Source of the DNA: Auanema rhodensis
Lineage: Eukaryota; Animalia; Nematoda
Reading direction: 5' to 3'
DNA length: 64,000 nt
Assembly: GCA_964057225.1 (NCBI GenBank)
Contig: OZ059895.1
Span: forward strand, 19,530,001 to 19,594,000
Positions 13,101 through 28,300 of the stretch are shown here, in pieces. The notes under the pieces are model-generated. The model was not told the origin of the DNA, did no database searches, and saw nothing but the letters and a program-made list of their open reading frames with translations. Within the stretch, counting starts at the first letter, position 1; each line of letters opens with the position of its first letter. The position numbers and the translations under genes are program-made.

Positions 13101-16100
13101 ACCAAGTGCACATCACGTGTACACTTAATTAGCATAAATTAAAGTTCACGTAAATTTCAAAGTCATGGTTACCATGCACCAATATCAATAAAAATTTGTT
13201 TTTAGACTAATATGGACATGGGGAATCTAATTTTGAAAACCACATCTCTTTATCTTTCACGTGAAGCGAGTTACATACCAAGTGCACATCACGTGTACAT
13301 TTAATTAGCATAAATTAAAGTTCACGTAAATTTCAAAGTCGTGGTTAACATGCACCAATATCAATAAAAATTTGTTTTTAGACTAATATGGACATGGGAA
13401 TCTAATTTTGAAAACCACATCTCTTTATCTTTCACGTGAAGCGAGTTACATACCAAGTGCACATCACGTGTACACTTAATTAGCATAAATTAAAGTTCAC
13501 GTAAATTTCAAAGTCATGGTTAACATGCACCAATATCAATAAAAATTTGTTTTTAGACTAATATGGACATGGGGAATCTAATTTTGAAAACCACATCTCT
13601 TTATCTTTCACGTGAAGCGAGTTACATACCAAGTGCACATCACGTGTACATTTAATTAGCATAAATTAAAGTTCACGTAAATTTCAAAGTCATGGTTAAC
13701 ATGCACCAATATCAATGAAAATTTGTTTTTAGACTAATATGGACATGGGGAATCTAATTTTGAAAACCGCATCTCTTTATCTTTCACGTGAAGCGAGTTA
13801 CATACCAAGTGCACATCACGTGTACATTTAATTAGCATAAATTAAAGTTCACGTAAATTTCAAAGTCGTGGTTAACATGCACCAATATCAATAAAAATTT
13901 GTTTTTAGACTAATATGGACATGGGAATCTGATTTTGAAAACCAAATCTCTTTATCTTTCACGTGAAGCGAGTTACATACCAAGTGCACATCACGTGTAC
14001 ATTTAATTAGCATAAATTAAAGTTCACGTAAATTTCAAAGTCATGGTTACCATGCACCAAGATCAAAAAAAATTTGTTTTAAGACTAATATAGACATGAG
14101 AAATCTAATTTTGAAAACCGCATCTCTTCATCTTTCACGTGAAGCGAGTTACATACCAAGTGCACATCACGTGTACACTTAATTAGCATAAATTAAAGTT
14201 CACGTAAATTTCAAAGTCATGGTTAACATGCACCAATATCAATAAAAATTTGTTTTAAGACTAATATGGACATGGGGAATCTAATTTTGAAAACTGCATC
14301 TCTTTATCTTTCACGTGAAGCGAGTTACATACCAAGTGCACATCACGTGTACATTTAATTAGCATAAATTAAAGTTCACGTAAATTTCAAAGTCATGGTT
14401 AACATGCACCAATATCAATAAAAATTTTTTTTAGACTAATATGGACATGGGGAATCTAATTTTGAAAACCGCATCTCTTTATCTTTCACGTGAAGCGAGT
14501 TACATACCAAGTGCACATCACGTGTACACTTAATTAGCATAAATTAAAGTTCACGTAAATTTCAAAGTCATGGTTACCATGCACCAATATCAATAAAAAT
14601 TTTTAGATTAATATGGACATGGGGAATCTAATTTTGAAAACCACATCTCTTTATCTTTCACGTGAAGCGAGTTACATACCAAGTGCACATCACGTGTACA
14701 TTGAATTAGCATAAATTAAAGTTCACGTAAATTTCAAAGTCATGGTTACCATGCACCAATATCAATAAAAATTTGTTTTTAGACTAATATGGACATGGGG
14801 AATCTAATTTTGAAAACCACATCTCTTTATCTTTCACGTGACGCGAGTTACATATCAAGTGCACATCACGTGTACACTTAATTAGCATAAATTAAAGTTC
14901 ACGTAAATTTCAAAGTCGTGGTTAACATGCACCAATATCAATAAAAATTTTTTTTAGACTAATATGGACATGGGGAATCTAATTTTGAAAACCGCATCTC
15001 TTTATCTTTCACGTGAAGCGAGTTACATACCAAGTGCACATCACGTGTACACTTAATTAGCATAAATTAAAGTTCACGTAAATTTCAAAGTCATGGTTAC
15101 CATGCACCAATATCAATAAAAATTTTTAGATTAATATGGACATGGGGAATCTAATTTTGAAAACCACATCTCTTTATCTTTCACGTGAAGCGAGTTACAT
15201 ACCAAGTGCACATCACGTGTACATTGAATTAGCATAAATTAAAGTTCACGTAAATTTCAAAGTCATGGTTACCATGCACCAATATCAATAAAAATTTGTT
15301 TTTAGACTAATATGGACATGGGGAATCTAATTTTGAAAACCACATCTCTTTATCTTTCACGTGAAGCGAGTTACATATCAAGTGCACATCACGTGTACAC
15401 TTAATTAGCATAAATTAAAGTTCACGTAAATTTCAAAGTCATGGTTAACATGCACCAATATCAATAAAAATTTGTTTTAAGACTAATATGGACATGAGAA
15501 ATCTAATTTTGAAAACCGCATCTCTTTATCTTTCACGTGAAGCGAGTTACATATCAAGTGCACATCACGTGTACACTTAATTAGCATAAATTAAAGTTCA
15601 CGTAAATTTCAAAGTCATGGTTAACATGCACCAATATCAATAAAAATTTGTTTTAACACTAATGTGGACATGGGGAATCTAATTTTGAAAACTGCATCTC
15701 TTTATCTTTCACGTGAAGCGAGTTACATACCAAGAGCACATCACGTGTACACTTAATTAGCATAAATTAAAGTTCACGTAAATTTCAAAGTCATGGTTAC
15801 CATGCACCAATATCAATAAAAATTTGTTTTTAGACTAATATGGACATGGGGAATCTAATTTTGAAAACCACATCTCTTTATCTTTCACGTGAAGCGAGTT
15901 ACATACCAAGTGCACATCACGTGTACATTTAATTAGCATAAATTAAAGTTCACGTAAATTTCAAAGTCGTGGTTAACATGCACCAATATCAATAAAAATT
16001 TGTTTTTAGACTAATATGGACATGGGAATCTAATTTTGAAAACCACATCTCTTTATCTTTCACGTGAAGCGAGTTACATACCAAGTGCACATCACGTGTA

Positions 16101-19100
16101 CACTTAATTAGCATAAATTAAAGTTCACGTAAATTTCAAAGTCGTGGTTAACATGCACCAATATCAATAAAAATTTTTAGATTAATATGGACATGGGGAA
16201 TCTAATTTTGAAAACCACATCTCTTTATCTTTCACGTGAAGCGAGTTACATACCAAGTGCACATCACGTGTACATTGAATTAGCATAAATTAAAGTTCAC
16301 GTAAATTTCAAAGTCATGGTTACCATGCACCAATATCAATAAAAATTTGTTTTTAGACTAATATGGACATGGGGAATCTAATTTTGAAAACCACATCTCT
16401 TTATCTTTCACGTGAAGCGAGTTACATATCAAGTGCACATCACGTGTACACTTAATTAGCATAAATTAAAGTTCACGTAAATTTCAAAGTCGTGGTTAAC
16501 ATGCACCAATATCAATAAAAATTTTTTTTAGACTAATATGGACATGGGGAATCTAATTTTGAAAACCGCATCTCTTTATCTTTCACGTGAAGCGAGTTAC
16601 ATACCAAGTGCACATCACGTGTACACTTAATTAGCATAAATTAAAGTTCACGTAAATTTCAAAGTCATGGTTACCATGCACCAATATCAATAAAAATTTT
16701 TAGATTAATATGGACATGGGGAATCTAATTTTGAAAACCACATCTCTTTATCTTTCACGTGAAGCGAGTTACATACCAAGTGCACATCACGTGTACATTG
16801 AATTAGCATAAATTAAAGTTCACGTAAATTTCAAAGTCATGGTTACCATGCACCAATATCAATAAAAATTTGTTTTTAGACTAATATGGACATGGGGAAT
16901 CTAATTTTGAAAACCACATCTCTTTATCTTTCACGTGAAGCGAGTTACATATCAAGTGCACATCACGTGTACACTTAATTAGCATAAATTAAAGTTCACG
17001 TAAATTTCAAAGTCATGGTTAACATGCACCAATATCAATAAAAATTTGTTTTAAGACTAATATGGACATGAGAAATCTAATTTTGAAAACCGCATCTCTT
17101 TATCTTTCACGTGAAGCGAGTTACATATCAAGTGCACATCACGTGTACACTTAATTAGCATAAATTAAAGTTCACGTAAATTTCAAAGTCATGGTTAACA
17201 TGCACCAATATCAATAAAAATTTGTTTTAACACTAATGTGGACATGGGGAATCTAATTTTGAAAACTGCATCTCTTTATCTTTCACGTGAAGCGAGTTAC
17301 ATACCAAGAGCACATCACGTGTACACTTAATTAGCATAAATTAAAGTTCACGTAAATTTCAAAGTCATGGTTACCATGCACCAATATCAATAAAAATTTG
17401 TTTTTAGACTAATATGGACATGGGGAATCTAATTTTGAAAACCACATCTCTTTATCTTTCACGTGAAGCGAGTTACATACCAAGTGCACATCACGTGTAC
17501 ATTTAATTAGCATAAATTAAAGTTCACGTAAATTTCAAAGTCGTGGTTAACATGCACCAATATCAATAAAAATTTGTTTTTAGACTAATATGGACATGGG
17601 AATCTAATTTTGAAAACCACATCTCTTTATCTTTCACGTGAAGCGAGTTACATACCAAGTGCACATCACGTGTACATTTAATTAGCATAAATTAAAGTTC
17701 ACGTAAATTTCAAAGTCATGGTTACCATGCACCAATATCAAAAAAAATTTGTTTTAAGACTAATATGGACATGAGAAATCTAATTTTGAAAACCGCATCT
17801 CTTCATCTTTCACGTGAAGCGAGTTACATATCAAGTGCACATCACGTGTACACTTAATTAGCATAAATTAAAGTTCACGTAAATTTCAAAGTCATGGTTA
17901 ACATGCACCAATATTAATAAAAATTTGTTTTAAGACTAATATGGACATGGGGAATCTAATTTTGAAAACTGCATCTCTTTATCTTTCACGTGAAGCGAGT
18001 TACATACCAAGTGCACATCACGTGTACACTTAATTAGCATAAATTAAAGTTCACGTAAATTTCAAAGTCATGGTTACCATGCACCAATATCAATAAAAAT
18101 TTTTAGATTAATATGGACATGGGGAATCTAATTTTGAAAACCACATCTCTTTATCTTTCACGTGAAGCGAGTTACATACCAAGTGCACATCACGTGTACA
18201 TTGAATTAGCATAAATTAAAGTTCACGTAAATTTCAAAGTCATGGTTACCATGCACCAATATCAATAAAAATTTGTTTTTAGACTAATATGGACATGGGG
18301 AATCTAATTTTGAAAACCACATCTCTTTATCTTTCACGTGAAGCGAGTTACATATCAAGTGCACATCACGTGTACACTTAATTAGCATAAATTAAAGTTC
18401 ACGTAAATTTCAAAGTCATGGTTAACATGCACCAATATCAATAAAAATTTGTTTTAAGACTAATATGGACATGAGAAATCTAATTTTGAAAACCGCATCT
18501 CTTTATCTTTCACGTGAAGCGAGTTACATATCAAGTGCACATCACGTGTACACTTAATTAGCATAAATTAAAGTTCACGTAAATTTCAAAGTCATGGTTA
18601 ACATGCACCAATATCAATAAAAATTTGTTTTAACACTAATGTGGACATGGGGAATCTAATTTTGAAAACTGCATCTCTTTATCTTTCACGTGAAGTGAGT
18701 TACATACCAAGAGCACATCACGTGTACACTTAATTAGCATAAATTAAAGTTCACGTAAATTTCAAAGTCATGGTTACCATGCACCAATATCAATAAAAAT
18801 TTGTTTTTAGACTAATATGGACATGGGGAATCTAATTTTGAAAACCACATCTCTTTATCTTTCACGTGAAGCGAGTTACATACCAAGTGCACATCACGTG
18901 TACATTTAATTAGCATAAATTAAAGTTCACGTAAATTTCAAAGTCGTGGTTAACATGCACCAATATCAATAAAAATTTGTTTTTAGACTAATATGGACAT
19001 GGGAATCTAATTTTGAAAACCACATCTCTTTATCTTTCACGTGAAGCGAGTTACATACCAAGTGCACATCACGTGTACATTTAATTAGCATAAATTAAAG

Positions 19101-19823
19101 TTCACGTAAATTTCAAAGTCATGGTTACCATGCACCAATATCAAAAAAAATTTGTTTTAAGACTAATATGGACATGAGAAATCTAATTTTGAAAACCGCA
19201 TCTCTTCATCTTTCACGTGAAGCGAGTTACATATCAAGTGCACATCACGTGTACACTTAATTAGCATAAATTAAAGTTCACGTAAATTTCAAAGTCATGG
19301 TTAACATGCACCAATATTAATAAAAATTTGTTTTAAGACTAATATGGACATGGGGAATCTAATTTTGAAAACTGCATCTCTTTATCTTTCACGTGAAGCG
19401 AGTTACATACCAAGTGCACATCACGTGTACATTTAATTAGCATAAATTAAAGTTCACGTAAATTTCAAAGTCATGGTTAACATGCACCAATATCAATAAA
19501 AAATTTTTTTAGACTAATATGGACATGGGGAATCTAATTTTGAAAACCACATCTCTTCATCTTTCACGTGAAGCGAGTTACATACCAAGTGCACATCACG
19601 TGTACATTGAATTAGCATAAATTAAAGTTCACGTAAATTTCAAAGTCATGGTTACCATGCACCAATATCAATAAAAATTTGTTTTTAGACTAATATGGAC
19701 ATGGGGAATCTAATTTTGAAAACCGCATCTCTTTATCTTTCACGTGAAGCGAGTTACATACCAAGTGCACATCACGTGTACATTTAATTAGCATAAATTA
19801 AAGTTCACGTAAATTTCAAAGTC
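5302..19823 (+). repeat. Tandem duplication of a 41-monomer, 7,186-bp higher-order block (2 copies)
   Basis: Rare markers recur exactly 7,186 bp apart: GTGACGCG (7656/14842) and GAAGTGAG (11510/18696). 41x176 minus 30 bp of counted deletions equals 7,186. The match breaks at 5301/12487 and 12638/19824. Confidence 0.93.
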
Positions 19824-21369
19824 ATGGTTACCATGCACCAATATCAATAAAAATTTGTTTTAAGACTAATATGGACATGAGAAATCTAATTTTGAAAACC
19901 GCATCTCTTCATCTTTCATGTGAAGCGAGTTACATATCAAGTGCACATCACGTGTACACTTAATCAGCATAAATTAAAGTTCACGTAAATTTCAAAGTCA
20001 TGGTTAACATGCACCAATATCAATAAAAATTTGTTTTTAGACTAATATGGACATGGGGAATCTATTTTTGAAAACCGCATCTCTTCATCTTTCACGTGAA
20101 GCGAGTTACATACCAAGTGCACATCACGTGTACATTGAATTAGCATAAATTAAAGTTCACGTAAATTTCAAAGTCATGGTTACCATGCACCAATATCAAT
20201 AAAAATTTGTTTTAAGACTAATATGGACATGAGAAATCTAATTTTGAAAACCGCATCTCTTCATCTTTCACGTGAAGCGAGTTACATACCAAGTGCACAT
20301 CACGTGTACATTGAATTAGCATAAATTAAAGTTCACGTAAATTTCAAAGTCATGGTTACCATGCACCAATATCAATAAAAATTTGTTTTTAGACTAATAT
20401 GGACATGGGGAATCTAATTTTGAAAACCGCATCTCTTTATCTTTCACGTGAAGCGAGTTACATACCAAGTGCACATCACGTGTACACTTAATTAGCATAA
20501 ATTAAAGTTCGCGTAAATTTCAAAGTCATGGTTACCATGCACCAATATCAATAAAAATTTGTTTTTAGACTAATATGGACATGGGGAATCTAATTTTGAA
20601 AACCGCATCTCTTTATCTCTCACGTGAAGCGAGTTACATACCAAGTGCACATCACGTGTACATTTAATTAGCATAAATTAAAGTTCACGTAAATTTCAAA
20701 GTCATGGTTACCATGCACCAATATCAATAAAAATTTGTTTTTAGACTAATATGGACATGGGGAATCTAATTTTGAAAACCGCATCTCTTTATCTTTCACG
20801 TGAAGCGAGTTACATACCAAGTGCACATCACGTGTACATTTAATTAGCATAAATTAAAGTTCACGTAAATTTCAAAGTCGTGGTTAACATGCACCAATAT
20901 CAATAAAAATTTGTTTTTAGACTAATATGGACATGGGAATCTGATTTTGAAAACCAAATCTCTTTATCTTTCACGTGAAGCGAGTTACATACCAAGTGCA
21001 CATCACGTGTACATTTAATTAGCATAAATTAAAGTTCACGTAAATTTCAAAGTCATGGTTACCATGCACCAAGATCAAAAAAAATTTGTTTTAAGACTAA
21101 TATAGACATGAGAAATCTAATTTTGAAAACCGCATCTCTTCATCTTTCACGTGAAGCGAGTTACATATCAAGTGCACATCACGTGTACACTTAAATAGCA
21201 TAAATTAAAGTTCACGTAAATTTCAAAGTCATGGTTAACATGCACCAATATCAATAAAAATTTGTTTTAAGACTAATATGGACATGGGGAATCTAATTTT
21301 GAAAACCGCATCTCTTTATCTTTCACGTGAAGCGAGTTACATACCAAGTGCACATCACGTGTACACTTA

Positions 21370-22739
21370 ATTAGCATAAATTAAAGTTCACGTAAATTTC
21401 AAAGTCATGGTTAACATGCACCAATATCAATAAAAATTTTTTTTAGACTAATATGGACATGGGGAATCTAATTTTGAAAACCGCATCTCTTTATCTTTCA
21501 CGTGAAGCGAGTTACATACCAAGTGCACATCACGTGTACATTTAATTAGCATAAATTAAAGTTCACGTAAATTTCAAAGTCATGGTTAACATGCACCAAT
21601 ATCAATAAAAATTTTTTTTAGACTAATATGGACATGGGGAATCTAATTTTGAAAACCGCATCTCTTTATCTTTCACGTGAAGCGAGTTACATACCAAGTG
21701 CACATCACGTGTACACTTAATTAGCATAAATTAAAGTTCACGTAAATTTCAAAGTCATGGTTACCATGCACCAATATCAATAAAAATTTTTAGATTAATA
21801 TGGACATGGGGAATCTAATTTTGAAAACCACATCTCTTTATCTTTCACGTGAAGCGAGTTACATACCAAGTGCACATCACGTGTACATTGAATTAGCATA
21901 AATTAAAGTTCACGTAAATTTCAAAGTCATGGTTACCATGCACCAATATCAATAAAAATTTGTTTTTAGACTAATATGGACATGGGGAATCTAATTTTGA
22001 AAACCACATCTCTTTATCTTTCACGTGAAGCGAGTTACATACCAAGTGCACATCACGTGTACATTTAATTAGCATAAATTAAAGTTCACGTAAATTTCAA
22101 AGTCATGGTTAACATGCACCAATATCAATAAAAATTTTTTTTAGACTAATATGGACATGGGGAATCTAATTTTGAAAACCGCATCTCTTTATCTTTCACG
22201 TGAAGCGAGTTACATACCAAGTGCACATCACGTGTACATTTAATTAGCATAAATTAAAGTTCACGTAAATTTCAAAGTCATGGTTAACATGCACCAATAT
22301 CAATAAAAATTTTTTTTAGACTAATATGGACATGGGGAATCTAATTTTGAAAACCGCATCTCTTTATCTTTCACGTGAAGCGAGTTACATACCAAGTGCA
22401 CATCACGTGTACACTTAATTAGCATAAATTAAAGTTCACGTAAATTTCAAAGTCATGGTTACCATGCACCAATATCAATAAAAATTTTTAGATTAATATG
22501 GACATGGGGAATCTAATTTTGAAAACCACATCTCTTTATCTTTCACGTGAAGCGAGTTACATACCAAGTGCACATCACGTGTACATTGAATTAGCATAAA
22601 TTAAAGTTCACGTAAATTTCAAAGTCATGGTTACCATGCACCAATATCAATAAAAATTTGTTTTTAGACTAATATGGACATGGGGAATCTAATTTTGAAA
22701 ACCACATCTCTTTATCTTTCACGTGAAGCGAGTTACATA
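21370..22739 (+). repeat. 4-mer higher-order repeat, period 698 bp, about 2 copies
   Basis: The 4-bp-deletion monomer (TTTTTAGATT) appears at 21794 and 22492, each preceded by two G-deleted monomers. 4x176-6=698. Confidence 0.85.
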
Positions 22740-23824
22740 TCAAGTGCACATCACGTGTACACTTAATTAGCATAAATTAAAGTTCACGTAAATTTCAAAG
22801 TCATGGTTAACATGCACCAATATCAATAAAAATTTGTTTTAAGACTAATATGGACATGAGAAATCTAATTTTGAAAACCGCATCTCTTTATCTTTCACGT
22901 GAAGCGAGTTACATATCAAGTGCACATCACGTGTACACTTAATTAGCATAAATTAAAGTTCACGTAAATTTCAAAGTCATGGTTAACATGCACCAATATC
23001 AATAAAAATTTGTTTTAACACTAATGTGGACATGGGGAATCTAATTTTGAAAACTGCATCTCTTTATCTTTCACGTGAAGCGAGTTACATACCAAGAGCA
23101 CATCACGTGTACACTTAATTAGCATAAATTAAAGTTCACGTAAATTTCAAAGTCATGGTTACCATGCACCAATATCAATAAAAATTTGTTTTTAGACTAA
23201 TATGGACATGGGGAATCTAATTTTGAAAACCACATCTCTTTATCTTTCACGTGAAGCGAGTTACATACCAAGTGCACATCACGTGTACATTTAATTAGCA
23301 TAAATTAAAGTTCACGTAAATTTCAAAGTCGTGGTTAACATGCACCAATATCAATAAAAATTTGTTTTTAGACTAATATGGACATGGGAATCTAATTTTG
23401 AAAACCACATCTCTTTATCTTTCACGTGAAGCGAGTTACATACCAAGTGCACATCACGTGTACATTTAATTAGCATAAATTAAAGTTCACGTAAATTTCA
23501 AAGTCATGGTTACCATGCACCAATATCAAAAAAAATTTGTTTTAAGACTAATATGGACATGAGAAATCTAATTTTGAAAACCGCATCTCTTCATCTTTCA
23601 CGTGAAGCGAGTTACATATCAAGTGCACATCACGTGTACACTTAATTAGCATAAATTAAAGTTCACGTAAATTTCAAAGTCATGGTTAACATGCACCAAT
23701 ATCAATAAAAATTTTTTTTAGACTAATATGGACATGGGGAATCTAATTTTGAAAACCGCATCTCTTTATCTTTCACGTGAAGCGAGTTACATACCAAGTG
23801 CACATCACGTGTACACTTAATTAG

Positions 23825-25340
23825 CATAAATTAAAGTTCACGTAAATTTCAAAGTCATGGTTACCATGCACCAATATCAATAAAAATTTGTTTTTAGACT
23901 AATATGGACATGGGGAATCTAATTTTGAAAACCACATCTCTTTATCTTTCACGTGAAGCGAGTTACATACCAAGTGCACATCACGTGTACATTGAATTAG
24001 CATAAATTAAAGTTCACGTAAATTTCAAAGTCATGGTTACCATGCACCAATATCAATAAAAATTTGTTTTTAGACTAATATGGACATGGGGAATCTAATT
24101 TTGAAAACCGCATCTCTTCATCTTTCACGTAAAGCGAGTTACATATCAAGTGCACATCACGTGTACACTTAATTAGCATAAATTAAAGTTCACGTAAATT
24201 TCAAAGTCATGGTTAACATGCACCAATATCAATAAAAATTTGTTTTTAGACTAATATGGACAGGGGGAATCTAATTTTGAAAACCGCATCTCTTCATCTT
24301 TCACGTGAAGCGAGTTACATATCAAGTGCACATCACGTGTACACTTAATTAGCATAAATTAAAGTTCACGTAAATTTCAAAGTCATGGTTAACATGCACC
24401 GATATCAATAAAAAATTTTTTTAGACTAATATGGACATGGGGAATCTAATTTTGAAAACCGCATCTCTTTCTCTTTGACGTGAAGCGAGTTACATACCAA
24501 GTGCACATCACGTGTACACTTAATTAGCATAAATTAAAGTTCACGTAAATTTCAAAGTCATGGTTACCATGCACCAATATCAATAAAAATTTGTTTTTAG
24601 ACTAATATGGACATGGGGAATCTAATTTTGAAAACCACATCTCTTCATCTTTCACGTGAAGCGAGTTACATACCAAGTGCACATCACGTGTACATTGAAT
24701 TAGCATAAATTAAAGTTCACGTAAATTTCAAAGTCATGGTTACCATGCACCAATATCAATAAAAATTTGTTTTTAGACTAATATGGACATGGGGAATCTA
24801 ATTTTGAAAACCGCATCTCTTTATCTTTCACGTGAAGCGAGTTACATACCAAGTGCACATCACGTGTACATTTAATTAGCATAAATTAAAGTTCACGTAA
24901 ATTTCAAAGTCATGGTTACCATGCACCAATATCAATAAAAATTTGTTTTAAGACTAATATGGACATGAGAAATCTAATTTTGAAAACCGCATCTCTTCAT
25001 CTTTCATGTGAAGCGAGTTACATATCAAGTGCACATCACGTGTACACTTAATCAGCATAAATTAAAGTTCACGTAAATTTCAATGTCATGGTTAACATGC
25101 ACCAATATCAATAAAAATTTGTTTTTAGACTAATATGGACATGGGGAATCTATTTTTGAAAACCGCATCTCTTCATCTTTCACGTGAAGCGAGTTACATA
25201 CCAAGTGCACATCACGTGTACACTTAATTAGCATAAATTAAAGTTCACGTAAATTTCAAAGTCATGGTTACCATGCACCAATATCAATAAAAATTTGTTT
25301 TAAGACTAATATGGACATGAGAAATCTAATTTTGAAAACC
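23825..25340 (+). repeat. About 8.5-monomer block duplicated at ~32267-33782 (offset 8,442 bp, 48 monomers)
   Basis: GACAGGGGG occurs only at 24263 and 32705. It is flanked in both places, in the same order, by CACGTAAAG, CACCGATATC and TTCTCTTTGACG. Confidence 0.88.
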
Positions 25341-28300
25341 GCATCTCTTCATCTTTCACGTGAAGCGAGTTACATATCAAGTGCACATCACGTGTACACT
25401 TAATCAGCATAAATTAAAGTTCACGTAAATTTCAAAGTCATGGTTACCATGCACCAATATCAATAAAAATTTGTTTTTAGACTAATATGGACATGGGGAA
25501 TCTAATTTTGAAAACCGCATCTCTTTATCTTTCACGTGAAGCGAGTTACATACCAAGTGCACATCACGTGTACATTTAATTAGCATAAATTAAAGTTCAC
25601 GTAAATTTCAAAGTCATGGTTACCATGCACCAATATCAATAAAAATTTGTTTTAAGACTAATATGGACATGAGAAATCTAATTTTGAAAACCGCATCTCT
25701 TCATCTTTCATGTGAAGCGAGTTACATATCAAGTGCACATCACGTGTACACTTAATCAGCATAAATTAAAGTTCACGTAAATTTCAAAGTCATGGTTACC
25801 ATGCACCAATATCAATAAAAATTTGTTTTTAGACTAATATGGACATGGGGAATCTAATTTTGAAAACCACATCTCTTTATCTTTCACGTGAAGCGAGTTA
25901 CATACCAAGTGCACATCACGTGTACATTGAATTAGCATAAATTAAAGTTCACGTAAATTTCAAAGTCATGGTTAACATGCACCAATATCAATAAAAATTC
26001 GTTTTTAGACTAATATGGACATGGGGAATCTATTTTTGAAAACCGCATCTCTTCATCTTTCACGTGAAGCAAGTTACATACCAAGTGCACATCACGTGTA
26101 CACTTAATTAGCATAAATTAAAGTTCACGTAAATTTCGAAGTCATGGTTAACATGCACCAATATCAATAAAAATTTGTTTTTAGACTAATATGGACATGG
26201 GGAATCTAATTTTGAAAACCGCATCTCTTTATCTTTCACGTGAAGCGAGTTACATACCAAGTGCACATCACGTGTACATTTAATCAGCATAAATTAAAGT
26301 TCACGTAAATTTCAAAGTCATGGTTAACATGCACCAATATCAATAAAAATTTGTTTTTAGACTAATATGGACATGGGGAATCTAATTTTGAAAACCGCAT
26401 CTCTTTATCTCTCACGTGAAGCGAGTTACATACCAAGTGCACATCACGTGTACATTTAATTAGCATAAATTAAAGTTCACGTAAATTTCAAAGTCGTGGT
26501 TAACATGCACCAATATCAATAAAAATTTGTTTTTAGACTAATATGGACATGGGGAATCTAATTTTGAAAACCACATCTCTTTATCTTTCACGTGAAGCGA
26601 GTTACATACCAAGTGCACATCACGTGTACATTTAATTAGCATAAATTAAAGTTCACGTAAATTTCAAAGTCGTGGTTAACATGCACCAATATCAATAAAA
26701 ATTTGTTTTTAGACTAATATGGACATGGGGAATCTAATTTTGAAAACCGCATCTCTTTATCTCTCACGTGAAGCGAGTTACATACCAAGTGCACATCACG
26801 TGTACATTTAATTAGCATAAATTAAAGTTCACGTAAATTTCAAAGTCATGGTTAACATGCACCAATATCAATAAAAATTTGTTTTTAGACTAATATGGAC
26901 ATGGGGAATCTAATTTTGAAAACCACATCTCTTTATCTTTCACGTGAAGCGAGTTACATACCAAGTGCACATCACGTGTACATTTAATTAGCATAAATTA
27001 AAGTTCACGTAAATTTCAAAGTCGTGGTTAACATGCACCAATATCAATAAAAATTTGTTTTTAGACTAATATGGACATGGGAATCTAATTTTGAAAACCA
27101 CATCTCTTTATCTTTCACGTGAAGCGAGTTACATACCAAGTGCACATCACGTGTACATTTAATTAGCATAAATTAAAGTTCACGTAAATTTCAAAGTCAT
27201 GGTTACCATGCACCAATATCAAAAAAAATTTGTTTTAAGACTAATATGGACATGAGAAATCTAATTTTGAAAACCGCATCTCTTCATCTTTCACGTGAAG
27301 CGAGTTACATATCAAGTGCACATCACGTGTACACTTAATTAGCATAAATTAAAGTTCACGTAAATTTCAAAGTCATGGTTAACATGCACCAATATTAATA
27401 AAAATTTGTTTTAAGACTAATATGGACATGGGGAATCTAATTTTGAAAACTGCATCTCTTTATCTTTCACGTGAAGCGAGTTACATACCAAGTGCACATC
27501 ACGTGTACATTTAATTAGCATAAATTAAAGTTCACGTAAATTTCAAAGTCATGGTTAACATGCACCAATATCAATAAAAATTTTTTTTAGACTAATATGG
27601 ACATGGGGAATCTAATTTTGAAAACCGCATCTCTTTATCTTTCACGTGAAGCGAGTTACATACCAAGTGCACATCACGTGTACACTTAATTAGCATAAAT
27701 TAAAGTTCACGTAAATTTCAAAGTCATGGTTACCATGCACCAATATCAATAAAAATTTGTTTTTAGACTAATATGGACATGGGGAATCTAATTTTGAAAA
27801 CCACATCTCTTTATCTTTCACGTGAAGCGAGTTACATACCAAGTGCACATCACGTGTACACTTAATTAGCATAAATTAAAGTTCACGTAAATTTCAAAGT
27901 CATGGTTAACATGCACCAATATCAATAAAAATTTGTTTTTAGACTAATATGAACATGGGGAATCTAATTTTGAAAACCACATCTCTTTATCTTTCACGTG
28001 AAGCGAGTTACATACCAAGTGCACATCACGTGTACACTTAATTAGCATAAATTAAAGTTCACGTAAATTTCAAAGTCATGGTTACCATGCACCAATATCA
28101 ATAAAAATTTGTTTTTAGACTAATATGGACATGGGGAATCTAATTTTGAAAACCGCATCTCTTTATCTCTCACGTGAAGCGAGTTACATACCAAGTGCAC
28201 ATCACGTGTACATTTAATTAGCATAAATTAAAGTTCACGTAAATTTCAAAGTCATGGTTACCATGCACCAATATCAATAAAAACTTGTTTTAAGACTAAT

